This document shows positions 23,913-37,393 of a DNA stretch of 64,000 nucleotides, in pieces (the first letter of the stretch is position 1; each line of letters opens with the position of its first letter). Below the pieces are notes generated by a model. The model was not told where the DNA came from. It saw only the letters and a list, made by a program, of their open reading frames with translations, and made no database searches. This DNA comes from Hydrolagus colliei (Eukaryota): assembly GCA_035084275.1 (NCBI GenBank), contig CM068761.1, positions 806,001 through 870,000 on the forward strand. Direction: 5' to 3'. The position numbers were made by a program, and so were the translations under genes.

Positions 23913-25314
23913 GGTATTTTCATTTTTCCAATAAGATGAAATGAAGAACAGGCTTCATCTGTTGCTGCTCCGGTTGGAATATGCAAGCACTTGGCATAAC
24001 TGCTAATAAACAGAAGAATAATTTGTTGTAAAGTATTAATATTTTGGGGAATAATTGGGAAAGTGAAATAATACAATTGTATTGGCGCAGTTAGGAAGTA
24101 TTTGACTTGATTTATAATGGCTGAATTCCTAAAGGCCTCAAGGCATGATTGACTGACGAAGGTCTCCGCTCTGGACTGGGCTGTGTTGTGTCGAGGTATT
24201 CGGAGCTGAGGTGGGGGTGTTCTGCATCTGACCTCCAGAGTCCCCTCAACGATAGTCTGACCGATAAGGGAAGTGGAAAGTTCTTCTGCTGGAGGAGGTG
24301 GCACCTCGGACAGAAAGAGAGCAATGGAAACAAAAAGGAAAGTAGAAACATTGGCAACGGTGTGGGTTAGGGCAGTCTGCTGGGATTGAGGCCCCAACCC
24401 AGTTAGGGCAGAGTACTGTAGTATTTTCCTTTCTTTCCCCAACACTGGGAAACACAGAACTGATGGCCTCCACTTTGGTGATGAGCACAGTCCGCTTCTC
24501 CCAACACCCCCTCCCCTCTCCCCCACAGCCCCGCAAAAAAAAATTAATCAATTAAACTGTGAAAAGTAATCTCAGGAAACCTTGCCATTGCATTCCAGAT
24601 GGGCATCTCCATATCATTTGCTGGAGCCTAAAACCATTTACAGCCCGAACATACTGAGAAGATTAAGATATAGCAATCTGAATCTGAAGAATCCAGCCTA
24701 ATAATTCACCTCAGACTGCGCTCTCCTCTCGTTTCCACATTGTCATGGCCGCCTACACATACATATTCCTTGGAAGGATGGGTGGGTGGGTGGGGGAGGA
24801 ATGGTATAGCGAGAGCTTTCAGTATTCTAAAGCTATGTTTCTCGAAAGGTTTCTGCATGTGTGCAGTCAGCCGCAATATTTCCTTTGAAATAATGGTGCA
24901 GGTGAGGCATGATTCTCCGTCACACTTCTGGCTGCTTGATGGATACAGATTTATTAATATGTGCAGTGTTGGACTGCTGATAGCAGTGTAATTTATCGCT
25001 AAGTATCATTTTGACATGATAGTTTTGTAACAAATACATAATGCATATTGTTCCATTTCCCCCCACCTCCACCAGTTTAAAATTAATGGAGTTAGACTCC
25101 CTCAATTCAGTGTAATCTCATGTCCGACGACTGTGCAGACTCTCTCCGCATACCAATAAGACTTCACTGACTCCTTCAGTTAGTGTCACCTTGAAACGGA
25201 ACGATTTCAGCCAGCTTCCCATTTGTTTTGTGCTGTCAAATTAGGCAAGCCCTCACTTCTTCATGAGGAGCAATTCTTTATTCATGAGCCTTGATTTCAT
25301 AAAAATGGCTCACA

Positions 25315-25349
25315 AGAGAGAGAGAGAGAGAGAGAGAAAGAAAGAGAGA
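25315..25349. repeat. (GA)n microsatellite
   Basis: Visible GA run. Confidence 0.9.
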
Positions 25350-25924
25350 TTGCACACCCTCTCTGCTGCCTAGTCTGGGACTCCAGTGAAATTGAGACTG
25401 CACAGGAAGCAGAAAATGGCTGCTTAACTCAAATATATTTGATGCTTCGTTGGGTATTTACCATTTAATTTTTAATATTTGACTAATGCACCTTTCCGAT
25501 CCGACCACATCCACTTGCAACCAGGGGCAGCGTAAGATTATGCCTAACCTATTGTTGGCAGTCGGAATTGAAGTCAAGATGCTCGCTTCACACGCAGCCA
25601 CAGCGAAGACTGATGAGCTCAATCGTTTCTTCGTCCTGTGGTGGGTAAACATGGTTGGAGGCAAACAGATGCCATTGATGCTCATTTAATGGTGATGTTC
25701 CTTCTGGTTGGGCGGGGGAGGGAGTGGGGGGGGGGGGGGTGGAGGGAGAATTTCTCAGGCATTAATCAGTCGGTGTGGGATTGGTTGGGTATCACTGGGT
25801 GTTTCCTGGCACAGTGTACACCCAGCTAGGGGTTTAGCTTTACCGTGCCATTGTTCCTTGTTTGTGAAACATCTTCAGACAGGTCAAGTTGAGCACACGT
25901 AGCTGGTTCCAGATACTGTACATT

Positions 25925-26240
25925 AATAATCCTTGCGTTTAATCAGGGCTGCTCCCTATCAAAGCATCGCAAAGTATTAGTTTTTTTCTGAAAGGTACAG
26001 TATAAGTGTATTTGTAGACCAACTCTGCAGCCAATTTGCTCACAGCAATAACCCTCACACAGCCAGAAAGCAAATGATCAATTTTCTGGAGGATTATTGG
26101 TGGGTAGGGGGTGGTGGGGGGGGTGGGGGGAGGGGCGGCAGCAGAAACAATTCCCTTTTCTTTTCAGATAATGGTATGGGTTCTTTAATGTCAGACCTGG
26201 GTCTAATGGACAGTACCACTAACAATGCAGTCCCACCCCA
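25925..26240 (-). mobile_element. Deu-domain SINE relic
   Basis: Tail AATAATCCTTGC, core GCAGCCAATTTGCTCACAGCAA, and TTCAGATAATGGTATGGGTTCTTT similar to 13625-13650; interrupted by a G run. Confidence 0.5.
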
Positions 26241-28026
26241 GCTTCAATTATGATATCCTTCGAGGGGGTAGATTTCTCTGTGAAACTTAAAGATATTAAT
26301 GTAGGTACAGTATATCATATTTACTGCTGATTGACAAAGGAGGGGAGGATTTGGGACAGAATGTACTATTAAGAAATTAAGTATTTTCCCAACTCCTTTC
26401 CTTCCCCTCGCAACAAATTGAAAAACAATTTCACTGGAAACGGAGAGTTGTTCAGTTCTACATAAAAAATATTGTCTGAAGTATGTTTTAAGAGATTGTA
26501 CGGTGCATTTATCTTAAGTTCTCCCTCATGTCATTTTTTTTAACCACATCGTTGACTTATTCTAGAAATTGAACACATTGTTTGAAAGAAGTAGTTGCCT
26601 GTCTATATGCGGCCCGTGAAGTATGACCTATGGGTCTATGGTTCCTATCCAAAGATAACCCACAAGAGCAGCTGCTGATTGGGGTGTCGTTGGGAGGAAA
26701 CCACAATCATTCCTGTGAATATGATCATTCCACACTGAGCTGGGATTCTTCACCAGAGAGAGAGAGTTCTTCTCTCCAATGGTTACACTGTCCAATGGGC
26801 ACCTGAAGCCCTCAGGCCTCAGATTCCACATTGGGGGTGTTTCCCCCCCCACTGATCACAAGCACGATCGGAGGATTGTATTCACTTGCCGTTGCCCCTA
26901 ACGCAGGACTCCACAAGACCAAATCTAGAGCAGCAGCAGCCACAGAGAGAGGTCTGAGAGAGGTTGGCCACTTGGTTATGGAATGATATGTGGTGTGTGT
27001 GTTTGTGTTTCAAGCCCGCCAGACTTGAAAGGCGCTATACAAACGTTATACATTGTACACCAGCAACTTCAAAAGTTGCGGAGAAAACGAGAGGAGAATG
27101 AGATTTCCCATCCACGGTGTTTATTAATTATTCAAAATCTTATAAATTGCAGCACAGCCTGCCTTTCTTTGAAGAGACAAATCTGAAATGGTTAAAAAAA
27201 CACATTATATGAGCAGCCAGAGTGCCACTAACCACTAAAGCCAAAGGACTGAACAGTTAAAATTGTCTCAATATCTGCTACAAGTCAACTCACTGTACCT
27301 ATTATCTGTAAAATAAAGCTGGATCAACCTCCTGAATCTGAAATGGATTTTGTAGCGTTTTCTGGACTGTAATAGCATTTCAATTCACACATAAAAAGCA
27401 AAGGCCTTCATTTCAATCCAAGAACTCTGAATGAATAATAAATTCATTGTTATTTATTCTTATTGTAAAAGAATTCCATACGGCCTATCCTGCCGGTGCC
27501 ACCCAGTCCCGTTCCCCTGTACCTCTAGTGAAGTAAGAGCAGGGGGTGGAATATAATTGGATAATTGACGACAATTTTTCTCACTTGAAAAGGATCAGTG
27601 CTGTCCCTGCTCTGCGTAGGTTTCACACACTCATTGGTGAGGCCTTCTAACTACAAACAAACCTTTGTCAGTTCCCACCCCCCCAGCCCCCCTTTGCTCC
27701 CCACAACACACCATTTCAACAGCTCCAGATGTGTGTTAATTATTTGCTTAATGCATCGATTCTGCGGCAGTGATGTAACTTCTCTGTTTGTCAGCTTCCT
27801 CATCGACAGAGAAACCACATAAAAACACCAGTCTGGGCGGTCGCCCACATTCGGGTTTTGAAGATCTGTTACATAAACAGGTTTTGCTTCATTCACTGAA
27901 CTTGAAAATTTCCCAGTAATTTTGTGGTATCAAGAGCTTTCCACAGAAGGAGGCGGTGGGAGTGACCCCCAAATAATGTGCATCTGAGGGAGATTTGGCC
28001 TATCAATCATGTGCGATGCCCACTGT

Positions 28027-28120
28027 ATAATAATAATAATAATAATGATCCTTGCAGTAGACCTAGCGTGTTTCATGTCTTCTAGATGTCTCAAAGAAAT
28101 ATCACAAAATATACTATACA
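28027..28120 (-). mobile_element. tRNA-SINE 3' tail, diverged
   Basis: (AAT)n ATCCTTGCAG..TAGCGTGTTTCATGTCTTC..GTCTCAAAG. Confidence 0.75.
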
Positions 28121-31100
28121 ATTGTACCATTGTACAATATATTGTCCAATCTTTCCCTGCCCCCTCACTTTACTGAGATCTTGGCTTTACCGTGTTGCTG
28201 GCAGCAGACAGAGGTGAAGTTCTCCCCACAGGTCCCTCCTGTTGCTCGTACGCCTTCTGGACAGTTATAGACCACTCTAGAGACATAGACGCTGAGGGGA
28301 CATTGGTGAGTAATGGGCATTAAACAATGACTTTGTCCCTTTCTCTCTGTGCTCTCCCAGTGCAAAGTCCGCAGAGAGATTTGCGTTCACCAATCTGGGC
28401 CTGTGGGTTTCCTGAGAACATCCCCTTGAGGCTGTTACTGATGTCTCACTTCCTCTCTTTCTTTACAAGCCCTTGGCTTCAGTGCTCACCTGAGATTGGT
28501 GGCAACACATGGCAGATGATGAGCTCCCATTCCGTGAGCTCCAAGGCCCTGCGATGCACACGTAAATCCTCTTGACAGACCCTAAAGAAAAGCCTTTACA
28601 TCTGATTTCCCTTCTGCCTCAACGTTTCTCAATAAAATAAAATTGTAGCAATGGAAGAGGTTAAACGATTATTTTTCCTTTTTGGTGGATTGTTAAGGCA
28701 AGTGGTTTTAATTGTTTCATCTCCACCAAAAGGAAGTGATTCCTTGTGAAACTTTTAGATGTTTCAGAGTCTGTGAGTTCGGCCTTGGCTCAGTCTCTGT
28801 TTCCTATTCGGAAGCTGTACTCTAAGATTAAAAGTGGGGGAAGGAAAGACCCTGCGAGGGCGCCAGGGGTAGTATGTTGTTTGGTTGATTAGTACACGTT
28901 GGGCCGTATCATTTCGATCACCCCAGGAAGTCATCTGTCAAACATGACTTCAGTCAAATGAGGAGATAGGAAGTGGATTGCGTTTTATTGACAAAAACTC
29001 ATTTTGTCGCCAGTTACAAAGGAACAAGGGAATATTCGGCGAGTAATCCCTGTTTTTTGTATTAAAAAAAACACGTTATTTGTCCCCAACAATTTGTTAT
29101 AATTTTTCTAGTTGTTTTTTTCCAAGTGACTATTTTCAGATAACATGGATTATGTGCTGATAGCAACATATACCGTTTCATCCTGAATTGTGTTGCACTT
29201 ACATCAGTGGGGGTTACGCTATGTCTTTTGACTGCACTTTTAGTGAGGCTGTGAAAGGTGTTTCGAAGCTTGTCCCTATCTATCTGCATTGCTCGCTCAC
29301 TGAACCTGACAGTCACCTCGATATTTAGCCTTCGTCAATGTAGTTTAGCGACATGTTGAAGTTGCAGTAACCCCAACGTTGTTTGAATGTAGTAACCTAA
29401 TTCAGAAATGAGAGTACAGTAGTTGAGTTGAATTCAAAGGAAGATTTTTACGTGCAAGATAAAATGCTATATCTTTTGACGCAGCTTCACTTACAACTCC
29501 ACAGTCACTACACTTTGCAGTGAATCCTGTCAAAAGCTCTGGAGACATTTTGCCGAAGTGATGAGAGTACAGTAGTTGAGTTATATTGTTATATTGAATG
29601 CTTGGATTATCATTATTATTGTATAGATGGAAGTGTTCTGTTTCTACATGTTACCATTGACATTTACCACTCTCCAGAAGGAAGCTGGAGACTAAGGTAA
29701 TGCAGGCTGTACCTAGCCCGAATGGCCATTCTTCAGATCATTCTGCAGGTTATTGGATCAAATGCAAGGATTATTATTATGAGGGACATCAGCCTGGATC
29801 CTGGGCTCACCCAAACTCCAGGTGTTTGCTCACTTTCACCAGTGGTTTTCCAGGAGGATCACACTTGATGATTTCTCATTGTTTCTCTTATCTCGCGTTC
29901 CCAAACCCAGGCGATATGAAGCCAGTTTTAACACTTCTTCCGCCACTCCATTGAGCGAGTGCAGACACGAGATTGAATCTGCCACCTTCTTTCTCAATGT
30001 GGCTCAGTTTTGTCCTGAAATTACTCACTAGGCCGTTGGTGGGAGCTGTGAAGTACAGGATTTATCTTGTCATCAGGATTTATCCTCCAAGACTAGGGCC
30101 ATTTATTGCGACTCTTGTCTTTGGCAACGCTGAATTAATTGACTCTAAAGTGTACTGATCCACCCAGGGGCTCATCTACTTGTCTATGAAGGTTCTGTTC
30201 AGTTTGACCTATATCCAGAGCTATAAGGATGCAGAAACCACTTGAGGTCCAGTGTGGCCTGCTATAGAACAATTGGCGTGAACAGCTGAAAGGCAGGAGT
30301 GGGCTACTTCAGAAATCGATCTGGTCTTTAGTTTAGAAATTGCCAAGCCTGTGCAGTACTGCTCCTCGCTGAAGCATTGTCATTATGAACACCTAGAGAC
30401 ATAAGTACCATGGATGAATGAAGGCAGATTTCCAATAGTGTCTTGTAGTGTCCACTCTTTCTCTCTCAAGCCACCACCCCACCCCCCCCCCCCCCACCAC
30501 CATCCGCCAATCGTGAATACTCACAAAATATAGCCTGAAATAAATATTGGCGACAGTCAGCTCCATTAGATCTCTGCTCTGTCAGAATAAACCCTAAACA
30601 GAAGTGTGTCACCACTGTATTTGTCAGTCTGATCCGCCTCTCAGAGGAACAGCTGGAAGTCTGTTCCCAGCACATTCATTACAGTGCCACTGCAATTAAG
30701 AGGTTTTCTTAAATTATAGCTTTGCTTTCCTTTCAGATGTTCTTTAACAAGGCGGTCTACAAAGGTGTTAGTGTACAATATTCATCATTGTCAGGCACGG
30801 CTAATTACAGCCCCATAAATCACACCAGTGACCTGCTCGCCTCCAGTACAGGAGCTGGGAAAACACAACTATTTTTTGGTGGTGGATGAGCGGTGGTGGG
30901 GGGGGGGGAGGGGGGAGGTGGGGGGGGCGGGAGGAGGGTCATAGACTTAAGAGTTCAAGGTAAAATACGGTCAACTGAACCGCTTAATGAGGCTCTGCGG
31001 TTTTTTTTCCTCTGCGAGGAAGCCCGAATATTTTACGCCATTAAAGATTTGAAATATTAATGTTCATTAACGGTGTCATTCAGCCATTTTAAATGATTAT

Positions 31101-31928
31101 AATTTTAAGTCTCTCCTGGGTGAGCAGGCAAATTTTTAATGAAATGTTCCTCTTTGCCTGACCTGCAATAATACTAGCGGAATGCCGTTTTTATTAGGCA
31201 GGTTTATAGCATTCATTACTCCGCTACTTCAGATAGTTCATGCTTACTATAAATTTGGAAATAAAAAACAGAGCTTTCCCCGCAGCAAGTAGTCAGCTCT
31301 ACTTTTGACCTTTAGGTTGTCACAGAAGGATTAACAGTAAAGTGGTGAGAGGTGTGAGCCAGGCCACAGAATCAATGTGGTAAAGTAAGAGATTTTCAAT
31401 TCCAGTGAGCACTACCTTTCACCTTGACGTGTTACCTGCTAATGTTGCCAGCCAGGAAAGGACTTTTAACTCCAATTCAGTGACAGCTGCTCTCTCAGAG
31501 GTAGTCATTAGCTCTAAATGCCTCGGCTCAGCGGTAAGTCACTGTCTGCGTAAACCTGCGCTTTTTGTGTGTGTGTGTGTGTGTGGGAGAGCGCAGCAGT
31601 GACTGAGTGAGTAACTTTGTGGACCACTCATTTCAACAAAAGAAACTAAAAGCTTTGCTTGACCGCTGCGACAAGGATTTTTTAAACAGAATGGAAATGT
31701 TGAAATTTTTTAGCCTGTTTTCAGTGTATCAGTTTGATCGATGTAAACCCATCGTCCTTGCTGTATTTGCAGCGATGGTGCAATCTGCTGTTGTGGATTT
31801 TGCCTGTGCTTTTCTGTCGTGGTTCTCACCCTTTGACACCGCACCGCCCTCTCCTTATTTAATGGCCGCACTCTACTCTACTAAGTGCCTCGCCAAGAAA
31901 TAAAAGTGATCTTAAAATTGGGTGGATA

Positions 31929-32149
31929 CAGTAAAAGCCCATTTATCCGGCACTCTCGGGACCTGGCCAATGCCGGTTAAAGCGCGTGCTTGATATTCGG
32001 CCAAAAACACACACAGAAAAAAAATAGTTTAAAAATTAATACATTGTGCCGGATAAATTCCGGTTAATCGAATGCGGACCTTTTTTTTCGCGGTGCCGGC
32101 TATATGGAAGTTATGGTTGATCGGGTCATGGATAAACGGGCTTTTACTG
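31929..32149. mobile_element. 221-bp non-autonomous Tc1/mariner (pogo/Tigger-like) MITE
   Basis: TIRs CAGTAAAAGCCCATTTATCC (31929-31948) and GGATAAACGGGCTTTTACTG (32130-32149), 19/20 match; TA on both sides (31927-28, 32150-51); internal CCGG(A/T)TAA repeats. Confidence 0.92.
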
Positions 32150-34601
32150 TATCAAGTATTGCCTGTACCATTAAGCACGGAACATCCTACTTATAGCACT
32201 TTGCTGCCAGTCAATGCAAAACAGTCAAATCCAGTCACTGGCTGATAATAGTCACTTTGAAATCTAATGGCAATATCGACCATGGCCATTATCTGGCTAC
32301 TTTACTTGAAAATGGAAGCTAATGGCCAAATTTGAATGGTGAGGCATCACCCATCAACAGCTGTGGGAAATGATGTACAATCATCATAATGATATAGGAG
32401 CCAGTCACACACACATTCATCTGTCCTGGTCACCTCTGCTATCCAAGCCTTTAGATAGGCCATTGCCTAGCCTGGGCTGGGAATTAATGTGTGACGTGTC
32501 CCAAAGGAACTATAAGCCACTGTCAGTGAATGGACCAGATTTTTTCCTGATGGGGATGTGGGTAAAGGCATCTCTCGGGGACTTGTCCTCTTTTTCCTCG
32601 GTCAGGCAGCTCCTCGACCCTGGCTGTTCCAAACTGGGCTAAACCTGCTCCTGTGTCTTAAGCATTTGGCCCAAGACTGAAGTGCCTGCCACTGCCTGCT
32701 GTCTGATGGGGACAGGGTGAATACACGGACATTTAACTTGAAGAAGAGGAAATTCTAATTATCTTCAAATATTTTTCCTGCTAATGAAAGGAATAACAAG
32801 GAATAATTGGTGTGCAAATATAACTGGTAGGCAGGAGATAAGGAGGGCAGGCAGTCTCTTGGCAATGTACTGATTTATCTTGTTCGAACAAGATCACACA
32901 GAAGAGGGAAGAAAATCAAGACAGTCAGCCTACGTGCCACCTGACGTAGCTTTACCCTAAGAGAGGAGCAATCTGACACACGGGGGCCACTGACTTTGAA
33001 CTCGTTTTTTTTAAAAAAAATCTTATGAGACAAATAAATAAATCTCTCTTCCCTCACTCACTCAGTCCAGTCTAAAACCTGGCAAAACAGCGTTTGAAAT
33101 TAAGTGAAGCTCAAGGGGAAACAAACGCGCATCTGCTTGAGACTTTTGTTTCAAACAACATCAGAAGATTAGGAGATTTGGGTGAAGAAGGTTCTCTGGC
33201 CTATCTGATCTCATCTTTCCAGAAAACCTATCCGAGCCTCTGTTTGACATGGCGTTATGGCATTCTTAAGTCTGGCGTTGTGTTGGGATTCGATGAGCTG
33301 CACAATTTTCGCCCCAGATTTTTTTTTTTAAAAGCACCTCACATTGTCTGCCTCATGTGTAGCTCATCATCAACTCATACACAGTCCTGTTTGTTTAACT
33401 AATGGGGAAAAGCTGAGTGGGATGAGATGGGATTCAGTGATTAAAAATTGAAGCAAATCCGAAAGGTCAGACATTGTGTGTGTGTGTGTCAATGGCACGC
33501 ATTGTAAACCCGAGTGCGCTCGCTCTCCCCGACAAAGAGTTCCGACAGTCTCCAAACAGCATGTCGCTGCGCACCCTGTACAGGTGATGCACAAACACAC
33601 ACGCAACACACTACACACTACTACAACTACATTAATGAATGCAGTCAACCCCAGCCTCAGTCATTGCTGAATTATGTGTTTTGACAATTGGACTATTATG
33701 AAAATTGTAATCAAATTACTAAATAGCAAGTGAAGGCTGGCAGGAAACCTAGAGCAGCAGTGACTGACTAACTGACTGACTGGCGGAGGGAGGGAGGGAG
33801 GCTGATGTGGATGGTGGGGGTGTGAGTAGCTGCAGGTGTGTCCTTTATTTGCATAAGTGATGTTTATTTCAGTTGAGATTTGCATGAGAGGTTTTTTTTT
33901 GCATGCTACCGGCGCACTGATGATTGCGAAATGCAAATTTTTGTCGGCTTTCCAATTCCATGTGTACAACAAATAATTATTGTTCCCTTGAAGTGCCGCC
34001 CCCGAAGCCGCGTTACTGCACTTTAAATGTATGGAGTTTTCGTCTTTATTGGAAAGGTTGAGGGTTAAAAAGCACAGCGTCGTCTGGAGATAGGAAAGAA
34101 TGCGAATGAGAAACGTAATCACACAAAGTGAAGTAAAAGGGGTTAGTTTACTTGTCTCCACTTGAATTTCATTTACATGAACTAAGTGGGGCCACTCATG
34201 ACTTTTGCTGCACGGGAGCCTGAAATTCAGGCTGTTTTCTCTGCAGATCTGCAAGCCTGCTGCCAGTGTGATGATAATGTTCTATCTCGCAGGGCTGGCT
34301 GGCAGACCAGTGCCCTGTTTCAGAAGGTTCAGGAACCCTAGCTGCTTGTTTACACCCTGGGAGTCAAGTCAGACATTTCTGGAGAAGAGCAGCTCCGATA
34401 TAATAGCAGGAGCCCTAATGGGAGTGAAGCTACTTCTGCCTCACTTTACTCTCACACCGTTTCACTTCCGCATTCGACTCTTGTGTGTGATGCCCAGGAG
34501 CTGAGTGCTGTCGCCTTGTGACATTGTGGCCCTCGTGGCATTGGGTGTGGTGGGCAGACACGGAGCTGGAACGTTGGTTGAATCAGGCTTGTGATTCAAT
34601 A

Positions 34602-34860
34602 ACAACAACAACAAATGACATTTGTGTAGCGCAATTCACATCGGGAGGACAAGAGTCAGAGGTCTGGAGCTGAGCAGGGGGTTGGGATCAGGAGTGGTGA
34701 TGGCAGGAGAGTGACCAAAGGTACAGTCGAAGAGGAGGCTTTTGAAGGCATGCCTTGAAGCGGGCAAGGGAGTGAGGCAAAGGGAATGTGGGGATGGAGT
34801 TCCAGAGGGCGGGTACAGAGAGGCTGAAGGCCTGACCGCCGATGGTGGGGCAGGCCGGAT
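34602..34860 (-). mobile_element. L2 LINE 3' end
   Basis: Minus-strand peptides PTIGGQAFSLSVPALWNSIP and KSLLFDCTFGH (L2 RT C-terminus, frameshifted), plus an (AAC)n tail. Confidence 0.9.
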
Positions 34861-37282
34861 GGGGGGGGGGGGGGGAAGGTAGAGCAGGCTGGAGCCAAAT
34901 CCGCGCTGTGGAGGCTGAGGAAAGCTGTGACTCAGTGACACACAGTTCCGGGGTTCCATCATTTCCTACCATTCGCTGCCTGTGTCTGACCACGGATTTG
35001 TTTGAAGCTCCGGCTGGAAGCACAGAGCCCGGTTCACATGACACCTTCGCACCTAGAACATGGGAGTAAATAGTCACTGCGAGCGACAAAGTGGAGCCAG
35101 AGAATGTGCGCGTGATACAGCCACGTCAACACGCCTACCAAGCTGCCTCAGTGTGGTGAGAACGTATCCATCTTTTGTACAGTGGAAGATTGAGCTGGAC
35201 CCACGTTCTGATTTGATTACTGGAGTGTTGTAGAGGAAATTAGGATTTTAGTGGCTGGGATTAAGCTGCACTGAGCGTGACGTTAGTTTATTATCTTTCT
35301 AGTCTCCATTTATAAAGTAAATGTGGGCAGGAGATTGTACTTCAAAGCTTTGTCCTGAATACCTGAAATAAATCAATACACCAGTCTTCTTTTTCATAGG
35401 AACCGCAGTAACAATTATAAACCTTAGGTAGCGTTTGGTTTATCTGGAGCCACGCTAATTGCAGTTTGAGGGTGATTCTGGATTGATTCTTGAATAACTG
35501 AAAGCCGTGAGATGTGTCGTTTTATCTGGTTGAACTCCAGCTGTTACCCCAGGCCACACTCTCAGGTTCCTAAGTGTTGTCTCTTGTTGCCAACCTTTGC
35601 CTAATACTCTCCAGAATGATGTAAGGGTGGCGCGGGGTGGGGGAGGGGGTTAGTCCCCCTGAGGAGGGAGAGTGTGTACGTTCCATTTCTAAACACAAGG
35701 GAAATTGTGCATGTGTGTTGCTGTGTCTGGGTTGGATATTTTTAAGGAACGTGATGATTTCCGCATGCGTCAGACACTCGGCTGGCAACAAGAAGGTTTA
35801 GATGGGCTGAGAGAAACCGGAACGGGATCTCATCCAGATGTAGATTCAATTGATCTTAAAGAAAAATTAAAATTAATCTTATCTTATCTATCAACAAAAA
35901 AAGTCTTGTAATCTTCTTTTTCAAATGCTGTGTTAGTTCAAGGTTTGAGTTTAAATGTACTGTTATATAAAACATATTCCTGGATTGAAACAACCTGCAG
36001 AAAGAAAAAGGATTGTTGGCGGCAGTGTGGTGTGCGTTCTTGCCTGTTCCTGTCCATCGCTTTACAGTCTGCAGTTCTAAAGTCAAGTTGTGCCATTTTA
36101 GGGCATTTGACTGCAGGCTAAAAGTTATTGTTGAAAGAAGTCTTGAGAGGCTTTATTGTGGTTCCAGCTGTTTAGTGTAGCTATTTATTTAGCTTGTAAA
36201 TTGTCTGGCCAAAGCACACCACATAATGACGGGGGAACCACAAACGCATTGTTGTGATTATCATTAAAAAGCATACTTTTGTGATTTTATGAGAGAGGAA
36301 AAAAAAGTTGAAGTCTTTGTTGTCCAGATTAGTGACTCCCAATTTCCAGATTTTGCCTGTATAGAGATGTAAATTTCACATGCTGTTAATCATTAGGGAG
36401 GACACAATGGAGGGGATTGCTGTGGAGCAAAGGCTGAGCATAATACAGGATTTTGTATCTCTTTTCTACTCCCTACCACATCTTTGGGAGGGGAGAAAGC
36501 GCATTGAAGACCCCTCCAGAGAGGTGATTAAGAACAGAACAGTCTCCTAACATGTACTCTTCATCCGAACAAACAAAAAAGGGCTGTAATTGGATTCACA
36601 TTGTGGGAGATACTTAAAATACTGAAGTAACGAGAAAAATCTGCTCAGTTAAATCAGTCATCGGTGTGGGTGTTTTTTTTATTTGCAAAGAGTCTCTGCT
36701 TTTGTTAAACGTACAGTTGCCTTGAGTTAGGGTTTAGAAATTGTAATTCTGTTCAAAGTGGAATACAACAAAAAGTTCTGCTTAATGCTACACGGTAATT
36801 TAATGCACAATCGAACAATATGTCAGCTCCAGTATTGCTTTCATCTGCTTTTGGTAAGGAGCTCTTGAAGCTAACAATTATTTATACCCCACCCCCATGT
36901 ACAGCATTTACAAATAAAACATTTAAAAGGCAATGTTACACTCCCAATAAAGCAGCAAACTTTTAAAGTAAGGATAGTTGGATGAATTGGAGCCAGGAAA
37001 TCGTGCCTTTGTTACTGCCCTCTGCCTCGCACTCGCTTGTAGATGAGATAGTTTCTGGGTTGAAGACCTTTGTGGGGAGAGGTGGACACTGCCCTGAGAT
37101 CATCACTGAAAATGTACTCCAAATTGAGAGACCACTGAGATCGTACCCACCATTCCCATCTTCCAATAGAAAACCAATAAAAGACCTTTTTTACATAGGA
37201 ATGTATATGATAAGACATGATGGGCAAAACTGTTAGCTCCCAAGCGTGGGCAGGTGTAGGAATTTCATTGTTTAGTTGGGTT

Positions 37283-37393
37283 ATTTTTGCCCCACAAAAT
37301 CTACAGTAAATTCACTTTTATAATATATTCTGTGAAGCACTTTGAGGCATCTCGAAGACACCATCAGGCTCCATATCAAACTCAGGGATTATT
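37283..37393 (+). mobile_element. tRNA-SINE 3' fragment
   Basis: GCCCCACAAAATCTACAGTAAATTCACTTT..TTCTGTGAAGCACTTTGAG..ATATCAAAC..GGATTATT. Confidence 0.8.

Noticed and set aside
23894-24526. 210-aa minus-strand ORF
   Set aside because: Non-ATG start, no recognisable domain, and it ends inside a SINE tail; consistent with chance.
33661-34254. 197-aa minus-strand ORF
   Set aside because: No ATG start, no recognisable homology, and it includes low-complexity sequence.
36982-37236. ORF with GLKTFVGRGGHCPEIITEN, faintly like the BEL/Pao integrase motif (LRRFxARRGxPxxIxSDN)
   Set aside because: The catalytic SDN is not matched and no flanking integrase or LTR sequence is visible; needs HMMER to revive.
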